Notes under the pieces: generated by a model
What the model saw: the letters and a program-made list of their open reading frames with translations, nothing else
Databases searched by the model: none
Told to the model about the DNA's origin: nothing
Made by a program: the position numbers and the translations under genes
NCBI GenBank assembly: GCA_964016885.1
Contig: OZ024741.1
Span: 300,824,001-300,888,000, forward strand
Direction: 5' to 3'
DNA length: 64,000 nt
Source of the DNA: Eledone cirrhosa
Lineage: Eukaryota
Shown here: piece after piece, positions 25,645 through 38,279 of the stretch
How the letters are laid out: every line of letters begins with the position of its first letter
Numbering within the stretch: position 1 is the stretch's first letter

Positions 25645-28600
25645 ATTATTCTGTTCCTTTCTTGATCATTCCAAGTCTTCCCACAATCATTGGTATTGTA
25701 ACGGCCTTGAGGTGCCACATTTTCTCAATATCAATAAGCAGATCTTTATATTTTCGTAGCTTGTCAAATTCTTTTGCCGTGATATTGTGATCACATTTGA
25801 TGCTCATATCTATCAATAAACAGACCTTGTTATATTGATCTTTTACAATGATGTCAGGTATATTTGCTTTTATAGTCCTGTCAGGAAAGTCCCAGAGAAT
25901 TGTTACTTTTTCTCCTTCAGTTACAGCCTCAGGGTGATGATTGTACCACTTGTCTTCAGCTTTGATTTTGTAATGCCGACATATTACCCACTGTAGATAT
26001 TGGCCAACTCTGTCATGTCTATATTTGTATTCTACTGGTGCTAAAACTTTACATCCATAGAGTAAGTGATCCTCTGTTTCAACCTCAGCATTGCAGATTC
26101 TGCACTTTGGGTTCATACCGTTTCTCATCACATTGGCCTGGTAATTACGAGTCAATAAGCTTTGATCTTGGGCAGCTAAGATGAAGCCTTCACTCCCCGC
26201 CTTTAGCCCTGAACTACGTAGCTTCTGATGGGTGTGCTTTTGCTCAACATCAGCTTGTTTGTTACGGCCCACGTATTTGCCATGCAGAGGTTTCTGCTCC
26301 AAATTTGATGCTAATTGTCCTTGCCCTTTTGCTTTTGCTAGTGATTTTATGTGCCTAGCAGCATCAGTTGCAACAGTTTCTTTAGTCCGTCCAACCTGGG
26401 TATCAAGCATGAGATCAGTAGCATATTTTTTGCTTTGCTTCAAGATAGAATGAATCTTCTTACTTCTCTCATGCTTTTCAGCAAGTTTCAGCATACAGTC
26501 TTAGTTGTTTCAAGGTATTTGGCCAGTCCAATGATGGTGGTCTTGTAAGCAAGTTCAAATTGGATCAGGACACGGCATCCTTGAGTTCTAGGGAGGTAAA
26601 GACGATCCACATCTGCATTTGGGTGGTGCATCCTTTTACAGGTCAGTAGCTCACGGACTTTGGTGTCGATTCTTTCAATTTCACTCATATTCCAGTTCAA
26701 CACACCGAAGCTATAAGTGTCAACTGGGACTGCCAAGGAATTTATGGCTAGCACCATGTTACAAGCGTTTAGTTATTATCTCAGAACTACACGTACATTA
26801 TAACATTCTTTCCTTATTCTCTCTTTCTTACTTGCATGCTGGATGCCAGAGATCTCAATAATCCCTAAGTATTTATAGGTTTGTTCCTGCTCAAGTTCCT
26901 TTATGATTGTTTCAGCATCCAATTCAACTGAGTTGACAAGCTTCCCCTTCTTGAAAGTAGCTTTTGCATACTTGTCAAGTCCAAACGCCGCCCTGATATC
27001 ATCGCTAAACGTTTTTACTGTCCGCAAAAGGCCTTCCATCTCGTCATTATCTTTGCAATAAAGCTTCAAATCATCCATATAAAATAGGTGACTTATTTTT
27101 TGTTGTCAATTCTATAACCGTACCCTGTTCTATTAAGTTCGGATGTAAGGGGTATTAAAGCTATGCAGAAAAGCAAGGGTGAAAGTGAGTCACCCTGGAA
27201 TATACCAGAGTTGATGTTTATATTCCTAGAGCACAGTACCCCAGTGGAATGAGACAATTGAAGATTTGTGTTCCATAATGACATATTGGGTTTCATGAAG
27301 TTTGAGATCACAGGTGAGATTTTGAAGTTCTCCAGTGATTTCAGAATCCATGAGTGTGGTATGCTGTCAAAGGCTTTTGTATAATCGATCTATGCAGAAC
27401 TGAGATTTCTGTGTTTATTGTGACAGTTCTCAAGGATCATACGATTAATCAAAAGTTGATTTTTGCAAACATATGAACCTCGTCGGCACCCATTTTGTTC
27501 AATGGGGAAAAGATTGTTCTCCAAAAACACGTATGTTTTTTCCATGAGAATAGAGGTTAATAGTTTATAAGTGGTGGACAAGCAGGTTATGGACAGATAG
27601 TTTATTTTTATCTTTGGTTTCGTTGTTCTTTGGTAGAAGGTAGGTAATGCCACTTGCTATCCAATCAGGTGTATTTTTTGGATCTTTCATAATTCCATTA
27701 AACAACTCTACCAATATATTGTGAGTGCACGGGAGTGAGGAAAGCCAGAAATTTGGCACCCTGTCTCTACCAGGAGATTTCCATTTATGAGATTTATTGA
27801 GTTATCTCCTTAAGTCCGCTATAGAGATGTCTTCCCTCGGCTGTTCTTCTAAATTTGTGTAGGATTTTCCCAGGCGACTAATCCAATCTACACTAGCATT
27901 ATATGTCTTCTCATCACTCAAAATCTTACTCCAGAAGTTTTCAACTTTTTCTATGGGTTGCGTCTTCAATAATTATTTTTTCTTCCCTTGGCATTGGATG
28001 AGAACAACTTAATTTGCCTGTAGAAGTTGTTTCGCTTCTCGAATCTACGAATTCGTTGGGCTTTTACTTGGACTTTTTGTTTCAGAGATTCTTTTGTTGA
28101 AACTATTGCTTCTCTAGAAGACAGTCCATATTTTCTCTTTAGCTTTCTTACCTTCTTGGATCTTATATCATTTCCAGCGGTTAACTCACTCAATAAAGAT
28201 ATTTCTCCTCTCATTACGTCTATCTCCTTTTCGATTATACTCCTCCAAATTGATTTATCTCGAAGGTTCGACTTTTTTCGTTTTTGGTGGTAAACAACTG
28301 TTTCAATTACTCTAGCAGATGCATTTAACTCAGTAAGATCAGGTTCTAATTCTTCTATGATTTCTTTTGTCACAGAATTACCAATCATTATTTGTTTTCT
28401 ATTTTGGATTGTATTCGGGAGTTTTTGAAGTGGTTCTCTATCATTTGTAATAGAATGTTTTACTACTGCAAGCTCATTCAGTATTTTTTACTTTAATTCC
28501 TTCATAGTCTCCCTGTGTTCTTCAGCAGATATTTGGTTTTCATTTAATGTTTCTAAGTCCCTCTCCTGGCTATTTTCAGCGGGTTCAATAGGGCTTCTCA

Positions 28601-29110
28601 TTTCTACAAACCTATTTGTGATTTGGTCAGATGGAGGTCTTTCAGTAAAGACTTGTGACTGGTTACTATCTCCAGGAGATTCTTCAGTTCTTTTATCATT
28701 TATATTTATGTCATTCTCCACAGCCTGCTTGATCGCAGTTAGTTCAGTGTCTGTGAGTCTATTATTTCTGAAGATATACCTCCTTATTTCCATCCATATC
28801 ATGTCTGCTAGCTTGATTCCGAGTTTTCCTGATTTTGTAGGAGTTTAAAGTGTATCTGTCTTGTGATGGCTTACCTAATGCATAGTAATATGCATATATT
28901 ACTTCTTTATACTCTTCTCGGGTCCATTTCATCCTTTTAGGTTTTTCATTTTGAGGTGGTTTGGGTGGTGGATCTGGAGGCTCGAGTTGGGGCAATCCCC
29001 GATCAAGTGACCATCCAAGTCCATAATTGGAGAATGGTTTGTGCCAGAGGAGGACTTTTAGATCTCAGGTTGGCACCTTCCTGAGGGACGCGCTTCTTGA
29101 TTAACCATAT
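25645..29110 (-). mobile_element. Decayed R4/Dong-clade LINE, family C
   Basis: RMKWTREEYKEVIYAYY, GIFQGDSLSPLLFC, MDDLKLY, CRIC..ETEDHLLYGC, PDIIVKD..IDMS. Many frameshifts. Confidence 0.9.
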
Positions 29111-29144
29111 TTGAACATTTTACTTAAAAATAAAAAAAACAAAC

Positions 29145-32100
29145 ATGGCTCCCAGCAATATGTCTGCTGTCGTGTGACAACGGCGTAAAAGTTGAGGGCG
29201 GAGTTACAGAAATTGATTCAACAAACACCACCACAAACAACGTGAACAAAGACAACAACACTGAGAACACTAATTTTTAAAAGAATTACCACACTAACTA
29301 CAACAATAATAGCGACAACCAAAATACAGACAACAGAAAAAAATGACAACAAATACAACAACGATATTAACACCACTAACAAGAAAATAAACAACGACAA
29401 CACCAACAGCAACAATGAAAATTGCACTGAAAACAACAATAACGGTGGCACCAAAAACTCAACCAACTACAACAGTGATAACAACAACACAAACAACAGC
29501 GTTTGTAGCATTAGAAACAGCAACAGCACCAACAACAAGACCAGTAGCAGCAGTAACGGCATCAATAATGGTGCCGCTGAAAAAGGCGCCACTTCTTTCG
29601 CAGGTGTGGCTCGAAATATAGAGACAGTGCTAGTCACGGAGGAGGAGATGGCAGTCGAAAGAGCCATGGTGACAAGAAATGATAATAGAGTTTCCCTGAA
29701 ACCTCCACCCGATTTCTTCAAAGACCAGTAGCTGCGCACGGTGACTTACCGCACCGTAAGCCTTGGGCTGCGTCTCGGCGCGCAAAACCCACGCCACCCG
29801 ACGCAAAAAGTACGCCATAGTAGACGTACTTTTCACGCGCCACCCCCACCCCCAAGAGGCGAAGTCTCACTCTTTGGAAAACCCTAAGAGTGAAGGGATA
29901 GTCTTGGTGTCCTCCTTCTGCGGGCATAAAATTGTGAGGGTCAAAGTGACCCAGGTCCTGCCCGATGTGCCCATAACTTGACTGGCCGCATCTGTACTTG
30001 CTGGAATAGAGGAGAAGACCACCATACTGCAAATACAGAGAATGAGAAGAGAGAACTGGTCAGGAATATACATGCAAATGCTAATACAAACTGACCAAGA
30101 GTGCATCGCTGCAATCCCAGATATCATAGACCTTGAGAAAGGACGCCAACTCCTTATAAGCGTGGAAGGAAGGAGGCCAAATTGCTATCTCTGTGGGCAG
30201 AAGGGTCACGTCAGGGCCTTCTGCCCGCAGAAGACAGCCAAGAAGAGTACCCCCTCCTTCTGACGCCTGATTCGCTGCTACCAAGAGCAGGGCAGGCAAC
30301 AGAGGCAGAAGACCCTTCCATGGTGAGAAGGAGGGCAACGACCGTGGCACCTATACCAAGACCACAGACAACTAAAACAGCGACAGTAGCTACACCGGCG
30401 GCAAAATCGCCGGAGCGGACTCCACTACAACCACCAACAGCAGTGGAGCTCATACCCCTCCCAGACGCCACGGACATGGAGTATGAGGCGGTGGGGAAGT
30501 GGCAAACGGTCTGTCACAAAAAAAACAAAAAACAAAAAAATCTTAGCTTCACCCTCCAAAAGCGAAGGCAAATAAAGAGGGGCAAAGGCTGCAAGGAGAC
30601 TTTCAGCAACACCATCACCATCACCACCACAAGCATCACCACCAACAACAACCACACCACCACCAGCATCAGCAAAATCACCAACACCGCAAACACAACA
30701 AAGCACACACACCCACCAGCAACAACAAGAAAACAGCAACAAAACCACCCCTCCAAAACTTACACCGCCATAAACATGGCAAATAAAGAAGTCTTACAAC
30801 ATATAAAGCAGCACGCAGACATCACAGACAAAAATTACTACATCCCACCAACACCAAGAACTCACCCGAAAAATATAAAGATTATTGAAATCAAAATAGA
30901 TTATAAACTTCTAAAAGAAAAATTCCCCAACGCAGTTGGAGACTTCAGAGAGTCGGTTACCAAGAGGATATACACCGACATCATCTTGGAAACACCCATG
31001 ACTAGCCAAAGGGACGGTTCGACTGTCCCTTTCCTCACCCAACATGGCCTTACCTAGAATAGGCAGTATACATGTACGTGGCCTGGGGTCATCTAGGAAG
31101 CAAGGCCACCTGCTTAACGATCTCAGGTCACTAAACATTGATGTGGTTGCCATCAGCGAAACCAGAATTTCTGAAGCACGAGCCTTCGCACCGATCTTCG
31201 GCGGCTACGATGTATACGCATCTCCCAGCCGTCCAGGATCGGGGAGAGGAGTTGCTGTGCTTTTTCGGAGAGGCTTGGATTTCGCCATACGGGCCATCTT
31301 CCTGGACCGAGAAGGTAAGTCGGTGGCGCTGGACGTGACCGGCAGCGAAGGCAATGCTTTCAGGCTAGTGGCCGTCTACGTCCCAACAGGGGAAGGACGG
31401 CCAGATTTCTTCAGACCTCTAGAGACCTTTCTTGGAACGTCCCGCTCTTTAGTGTTAGTGGGCGACTGGAACGGTATCTTAGATGCACGCTGTGATTATG
31501 TGGGGCTAGTAGATAGGGCAGGAGGGTGTAAAAGCCCCAACGACCTGCTCAGACGTTTTGAACGAATGTGCCAATGCGGACATGGGCAAACCGCATCGGG
31601 TCATCCAGATCGTATTTAGATAGGGTATTCTGTAGGGAAACAGATAAGGCTAGTATAGGTTGTCCATAATTTAAAGTAGTCGACTACACGGACCACAAAT
31701 TTGTGATCTGTGAAGTTGACTTAGATAGACTCCATAGGCAAGGCCCCGGTTACTGGAAGAGGAACGCGTCGTTCTCGGAGCGCAAAGCTTACAGAAACCG
31801 GATTAGCGAATTAGTTAATCGTGCGTTGACGGGTGCGATCGTCAACAAAATGTGGTGGATTATCATGAAAAGGGCTATTAGAGTAGAATCGATAAGATTT
31901 AGCAAAGGAGTAGTGATAGTGGAAAATAGAGTAGAGGGAGAGCTAGTTAAAAAGGTAGAAGAGGCGTTTAGGACAGGCATCGCAACCGACGTGCTTGCGG
32001 CGAGATTGGCACTCGACCAATTCTTCAATGCAAAGCATGAAGGCTGTGTTGTCAGAGCTAGAGCGCGTGCTCTAAGACACGAGGGAACGAAAACCGTTCA

Positions 32101-34630
32101 ATGGGCCCTGGTGGTGGAGGGGCGATGTGGCAACAAGTCCACAATTCGGTCTTTGCCTGATCAAAACTGGCGCATGTTGTTGGAACCTAAGCAGATGTGT
32201 GCGGTTTTTCAACAGCACTTTGCTCAATTGTTCGGGAGCGGCGGCGGACCGGATCAGCGCAGTGATGCGAAAAGCCGATAACAGTAAGTGAAATACGGAA
32301 AGCGATGTCTGACTGCACGTGGGGTAAATCGCCAGGTTTGGATGGCCTGCCCTACGAGCTTTATGCGTATATGCCAAACTTGTTCGGCGACCTCTTGGCA
32401 GATGTCTACAGCAACTGGCAGCAGAACGGTAGCATTCCCAGTTTTGTGAGCCGGGGAGCGGTAGAGCAGCGGAGAAAAGACCCGAACAAGTGGGATACAT
32501 TAGACAACTTCAGGCACATAACTCTGCTAAACGCAGAGTTTAAGATTTTGGCCAAAGTGTTAGCAAAGAGTTTGGGTGCTTGTCGTCGATGATCTGGTGG
32601 GAGAGGCGCAAACATCCACCATTCCGGACAGATCCATCCACGACAACCTCCATCTCACATCACATGAGATACATCATAGAGAGGGTGGTTACGGAAACTA
32701 GCACGGGTGTGGCCCTGATCAATTTGGATCAATCTAAAGCATTTGATAGGGTCGACCATCGGTACCTGGCTGCGGTCCGCGACGCAGCCGGCTTCGGCTC
32801 GTATTTAGGGGCTGCATCGCTGCGACATCTGCTCGATTGTGAGGGTGAATATTCACCTGTCGCAGCCTCTCAGCTTCATGCGCTTGGTCCGCCAGGGTTT
32901 CCCCCTCTCGTCCCTCTTGTACGTACTGGCCATAGCGCCGTTACTGCACAAATTGGAGACGATGAGGGGGGATAACACGCGAACTGGGATGCGGGAGATC
33001 CGTGTCAGCTTACGCCGACGACGTCACCGTGGTGGTGTCGAGCACCAAACACGTGCAGATGCTCGACACCACTCTCAAGAAATACGAAGTGGTGACAGGA
33101 GCAAAGATAAATCAGGAGAAGTCGGTGGGCTTGCAACTCGGCACCTGGAGAGGCAAGTCCATGCCGTCTGACAGCGTCATGGGGCGCTGTACGGAAGGAC
33201 AGGTTAAATTGTTTGGTGTCTGGTTCGGTCCGGACCGGACCTCCAGATGGAGAAAAACTGGAAGGAGGTGACGAGCAGGGTGGCCTCTCTCACCCAGAAA
33301 GGGCCGAGAGGAGGCTGTCTCTGAAAGGTCGGGCGGAGGTGGCGAATGCGTACATAGCGTCCGTCATCTGCTACCGCCTGACCATTGTACCTTGCTCCCG
33401 CCCAACTTTGACCAAAATGTAGCCCCTTCTCTACCGCTTTTTTTGGAAGGGACGTGCTTCCATGATCAGAAGATCCATTTGCAGTCAACACCCGTTGCGT
33501 GGGTGACTAGGCATGCCGTGGTTGATGATGCACAAAAATGCGCTGAGGCTGCAACATCTCTGGTGCTTCCTTGACGGTGAACCGGTGTCGTCGCCGTTTG
33601 CCAGACGCGCTTTTCCCCAGTTCGTCTCCTTGACGGAGCTGCAGTCCTGGATCAGGAAAAGACCGAGTGATAACACTTGGAAGCTGGAATGTCTCCAAGC
33701 ACTCACCGCCCTCTACCAGCTGGGCACTAGTATCGGTGGAACGTCTACCTCGGCGTTCTATAGAGAGCTAGTGGATGGAAAGAGCGATGACGTTCTCGGG
33801 GAGACCTCGGGCGTCGAAGACGATCAGCTGTTCGCTCTCTTCAAGAGAACTTTCAGACCGGGGCCGATGGACAACTTACAGAAATCCCTGGCCTGGCAGT
33901 GCTACCGAGGAGCGTTGCCGGTTCTGGATAAGCTCTACAGGCACGGAGGTGCTGTCAGCTGAGCCTGTCCGAGATGCACGCAGGGCGACGAAACCGTCCT
34001 GCACGCACTCGTTCAGTGCCCGAGGATTGCTGACTTGTGGAGCTATGTCGAACAGCTGCTGTCGCAGATAGCCCCGCCATCCCCCTTTAATGAGGAGGAA
34101 GGGCAAGCAGTTTTCATCTGCCTGGTGCCATGGCGAAAGATATTGTGTGGTGGACAAGGTTGAAATGTTGAAGACGGACACTTTCCTCTTCGGGCAATCC
34201 CTGATTAACTTTTTCAAGTTTCACTTGAAGAGGAAAAAAAGGGTGGGGAGGCAAGTGCTGTCTTCCAGTAAGTATGTTGGAAGATGGGTGAAAGTGGCGA
34301 GTCTGGTCCGAGTGAACGGGCCCGCTCTGAGTGTGCGCCTGTAGACTGAGGATTGGAAAACTCAGAGAGGGCACTTGTCCTGGTGGTCAGGGTGGCCGTG
34401 GCCCTTTTGTGTGGTTTTCGCCGCGAGTGACCCTCGGGGGTTTCCCCCTTTTTGGGGAATTTTTTTTGTTCGAATTTGTTTTTTATTTCTAGCCCAATTT
34501 TGTTATAACCTGTTTACACGACCAAAACCCACTTTGTATCGTCCTGTTCTGTACCCTCTCAAATGTTTTTCTTCGTGTCAGCCCTTGTGGCCAATAAAGA
34601 AACCATTATTATTATTATTATTATTATTAA
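29145..34630 (+). mobile_element. Full-length decayed Tx1/L1-clade LINE (ORF1 with zinc knuckle; ORF2 APE-RT)
   Basis: ORF1 CYLCGQKGHVRAFC knuckle at about 30183. ORF2 starts at 31044 (GSIHVRGL, SET, GDWN) with LDQSKAFDRVDH and AYADD. 3' end CCAATAAAGAAACCATTATT. 5' boundary approximate. Confidence 0.9.
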
Positions 34631-35743
34631 TGACTCTCCTCCTCCCCTTAAAATTGCTGACCTTGTGCCTTAAGTAGAAATAATTATTATAAACAGTAAA
34701 CATTAAAATTAAAAAGATGTTCTGGGAGTAAACGACGCCAAGACAGATAAGTAACGAAACCATAATACTTTCAAGTAAATGCAACACAGAGGATATCACT
34801 ACCAGGCTCTATCAACATATTACAAAACGTGCTCTCAATACAATAGAAATAAACACCCCAAAAGCAAATGTGCAAATACTAAGACATTACAGAACTATGC
34901 TTGGTAATATCCATCATTTGAATTATGAAATATTTTCAACCAACCTACTTCAATGGATTCAACTAATTTACTTATAGTATATTTTGATTTATAGCATACA
35001 CATTTGTCTTACAATTGGGTTTATAACTTTTCTAGCTGAAGTTCACCGACCCACACATTTTTAAATGACTGGAGTGCTATTTTGTTAGATATAACGTGTG
35101 TATGAGGCTAACACATCTGAGACTATGGTCTTCAATATTTTCTTCGTTATAAAATATATATTTTATACCTATTTTAAGCTGATATAAGTAATATATAAAC
35201 TGTCTAACGGTCTATGTTTATTTGTTTTTGGATCAATCTAATTACGTCATATTTTAAATAATTTCAAAAAACATTAATTGCAACTGTATTTTTCTCCCAC
35301 TCTGTGTTGGGTTTTTTTCTAATTATATGCTTGGTTGTCACCGATCTGTTCAGATCGTTTGACCGCCAGTATATAAAAAAAATGTGCATCTTCTATGCAT
35401 TTTGTCTGACGAGAATATGTTTTGAATTATGTTATACATAAGACTTGCAACTTCGAAATATATATATATCTAAAACAGAGAATGTCTGTCTGTACCCCTC
35501 AAACTCGAGAACCACCCAACCAATTCTTTTCAAACTTTACACATGTAATATGTATAGTGGTGTGAGTGTTTTGAGCAAAAGATATTTAAAAATGTCAGTG
35601 CCCTAGGGACCGCATTAGGCGCCGGTTAGCGATCTCTCTCTCTCTCTTTCTTAGTCTATCGTTTTAGATAGATACATAGATATATCGTCGCGCCCTTATA
35701 ATATATGTCTGCATTACGACATTATGAAAACATTGACTTCACT

Positions 35744-35796
<53 letters not shown>

Positions 35797-35853
35797 TTAA
35801 AAAATAATGAATAAAACAATGAAACAGTTCCTTATATTAAACAACAAAAGTTC

Positions 35854-36002
35854 ATTATTTAACGATCGTTTCTAGGATATATATGTGTTAGAATTGGCAT
35901 GCATATTCAACAGATCTATGTACAAAATTATACAAAATTATACAAACTATCAAAATTAAATATACATACCAAACACATATATATGCCGTCTTCAGAAATA
36001 AT
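35854..36002 (-). ncRNA. Type I hammerhead with extended helix II (mirror copy)
   Basis: Reverse complement of 36003-36151. Confidence 0.75.
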
Positions 36003-36151
36003 ATTATTTCTGAAGACGGCATATATATGTGTTTGGTATGTATATTTAATTTTGATAGTTTGTATAATTTTGTATAATTTTGTACATAGATCTGTTGAAT
36101 ATGCATGCCAATTCTAACACATATATATCCTAGAAACGATCGTTAAATAAT
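36003..36151 (+). ncRNA. Type I hammerhead with about 115-nt helix II and palindromic helix III
   Basis: Helix I ATTATTT/AAATAAT; CTGAAGA; helix II ATATATATGTGTT/AACACATATATAT then TGGTATGTATATT/AATATGCATGCCA; GAAA; ACGATCGT palindrome; cleavage GTT at 36142-36144. Confidence 0.78.
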
Positions 36152-36361
36152 GAACTTTTTTTGTTTAATATAAGGAACTGTTTCATTGTTTTATTCATTA
36201 TTTTTTAAATATTTTATCTTGACTCTGTATTCCGTTTATCTTTCACCGAAAGTGATTTTTCATTGCATCTCTTCTTTCCATGATATCCGGATTACATTGA
36301 GTTCTTCATACGGACTGGACACTACCGTAAACTCTTGGTAGATTTATCTACATATATATAT

Positions 36362-36401
<40 letters not shown>

Positions 36402-36402
<1 letters not shown>

Positions 36403-36620
36403 GGCGCGTGGCTTAGTTGTTAGAGAACTGGATTCACATTCGTGAGGTTGTGAGTTCGATTCCCGAACCGGGCGATGCGTTATGTCCTTGAGTAAGACAC
36501 TTTATTTCACGTTGCTCCTTCTACCTGGAGTTGCGACCGATAGATAGTATTAGCAATTGGAAAGACCAATGGAAACATTGTTTCCTCGGTCCGATTTGAC
36601 GAAAGTTGATCGACTGTCGA
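36402..36620 (+). mobile_element. tRNA-derived SINE (second family)
   Basis: A box TGGCTTAGTTG, B box GAGTTCGATTCCC, then TGTCCTTGAGTAAGACACTTTATTTCACGTTGCTCC (CORE/V-like domain). 3' end uncertain. Confidence 0.75.
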
Positions 36621-36742
36621 TATATATAGTGTGTAACCTTTTTCGAAATATTTACTTCTGCGTTCAGAGATTGATTTTTTAGTTTCAGAAAATCCCGTTA
36701 AGGGTGAAAGCAACGATTATTTGCTTAAACTTTAATCTGTTA

Positions 36743-36828
<86 letters not shown>

Positions 36829-37089
36829 TATATTCGTATGCAGATATTTTTGCATACACAATAACAAAATATAAACAAACGTATTTATTTCCCGAGGCTC
36901 GATAAGGATAAATATATATCAAATATATAAGAACCCTAGAGCAAATATTGTTCTCATTGCTGACGTACTGTTTCAGAAAAGTGTCATAAACATGCCAATC
37001 TATGTTTAGAAACCCGAGCAACGCCGGGCCATTCTGGTAGTGTATAATGAAATAAATAGAGATGATTAAAGTAAATATCTTTTGTTTAT

Positions 37090-37181
<92 letters not shown>

Positions 37182-37191
37182 TATATGTATG

Positions 37192-37231
<40 letters not shown>

Positions 37232-37297
37232 CACACAGACACACATGCACACGTACACACATACACACACATATATATATATACATACATATATATA

Positions 37298-37730
37298 TTG
37301 TTATACTTGGGGAGGGTCATATTGTATATTTGTTTTTTGAGGTTTTTGATATGAAATCGTGTGTCAAAACAAAGATTGTCATACTTGGGGAGGGTCATAT
37401 TGTTGTAATAATATTGCCAGAAATAATAACAGAACACACTCACTGTTTGGTTGGTTTTCATTCTGTATCTTTTATATATCCATAGTTAATTCATTTGGCC
37501 ATCAATGTTTATCATTGATTGACCAACAGTAAAAAATACAGATATAAATATATATATATATAGTCCGTCTCACTGTCTGTCCCCATAAAACTCAAGAACC
37601 AATAGACTATATATTTGTATTTATATCAGTATTTTTGACCGTTGGTCAGTCAATGATATGACCCTCCCCAAGTATGACAATATTTGTTTCGACACACGAT
37701 TTCATATCAAAAACCTCGCAAAACAAATAT
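37298..37730. repeat. Small repeated element with motif GAAACAAATATTGTCATACTTGGGGAGGGTCAT (direct and inverted copies; short inverted repeat 37511-37657)
   Basis: Copies at 37298-37322 and 37325-37402 (+), 37655-37730 (-); related pieces at 2314-2340 and 47066-47135. Confidence 0.65.
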
Positions 37731-37739
37731 ATATATATA

Positions 37740-38180
37740 TGTAGATAAATCTACCAAAATATACGGTAGTGTCCAATCCGTATGAAGAACTCAATGTTAT
37801 CCAAATATCATGAAAAGAGAAGATGCATTCAAAATTTTTCGATAAAAATCATAGGAAAACAGAGTCAAGATAAATTAATAAAAACAATGAAATAAAAACA
37901 AAGAACAAGTTCCTTATATTAAAAAATTCATCATTTTACGATCGTTTCTAAGATGTATGTGCGTCTTGGTATGTATATCATATAGATCTATGTAAAAATA
38001 TTACAAATTATCAGAGGAAATATACATGTATATTTCCTCTGATAATTTGTAATATTTTTACATAGATCTATATGATATACATACCAACACGCACATACAT
38101 CCTAGAAACGATCGAAAAATGATGAATTTTTTAATATAAGGAACTTGTTCTTTGTTTTTATTTCATTGTTTTTATTAATT
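37740..38180 (-). mobile_element. Second member of the 35788 fold-back family: 308-bp palindrome (37873-38180) plus tail (37740-37872)
   Basis: Axis at 38026/38027. Tail is a diverged reverse complement of 36218-36352. Carries the CCTAGAAACGATCG hammerhead 3' half. Confidence 0.85.
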
Positions 38181-38239
38181 CATATATATATATATATATA
38201 TATATATAGAAGTCGTTACACAACAGTTAGTTCACCATA

Positions 38240-38279
38240 CCGAGAACAATTCTTTCACCTTCGCGGATCTTCAGCTCGG
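38240..38279 (-). ncRNA. Minimal type I hammerhead (inverted pLTR copy)
   Basis: CCGAG-CTGAAGA-TCC-GCGAA-GGT-GAAA-GAATTG-TT-CTCGG. Confidence 0.7.

Larger units (their letters stand above)
35788..36352 (+). mobile_element. Non-coding fold-back element: spacer-less 430-bp palindrome (35788-36217) plus a 135-bp tail
   Basis: Axis between 36002 and 36003. The 215-bp arms show one mismatch by eye. Flanked by (TA)n; tail ends ATCTAC|ATATA. Confidence 0.85.
35469..37040 (+). mobile_element. Probable non-autonomous Helitron/DINE-1-like element hosting nested insertions
   Basis: 5' A|TC then (GTCT)n and AACTCGAGAAC..CAAACTTTACAC. 3' GC hairpin CCCGAGCAACGCCGGG (37013-37028) about 10 nt before GTAG|T. 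Confidence 0.5.

Noticed and set aside
29218-30756. Val/Leu-rich minus ORFs and Thr/Asn-rich plus ORFs as host genes
   Set aside because: Low-complexity parts of the Tx1 ORF1 region and their antisense.
35888-36117. Identical 72-aa ORFs on both strands
   Set aside because: A trivial consequence of the palindrome; no protein-like features.
17473-36480. tRNA genes at 17473 and 36402
   Set aside because: The A/B boxes belong to SINE heads; there is no complete cloverleaf and SINE bodies follow.
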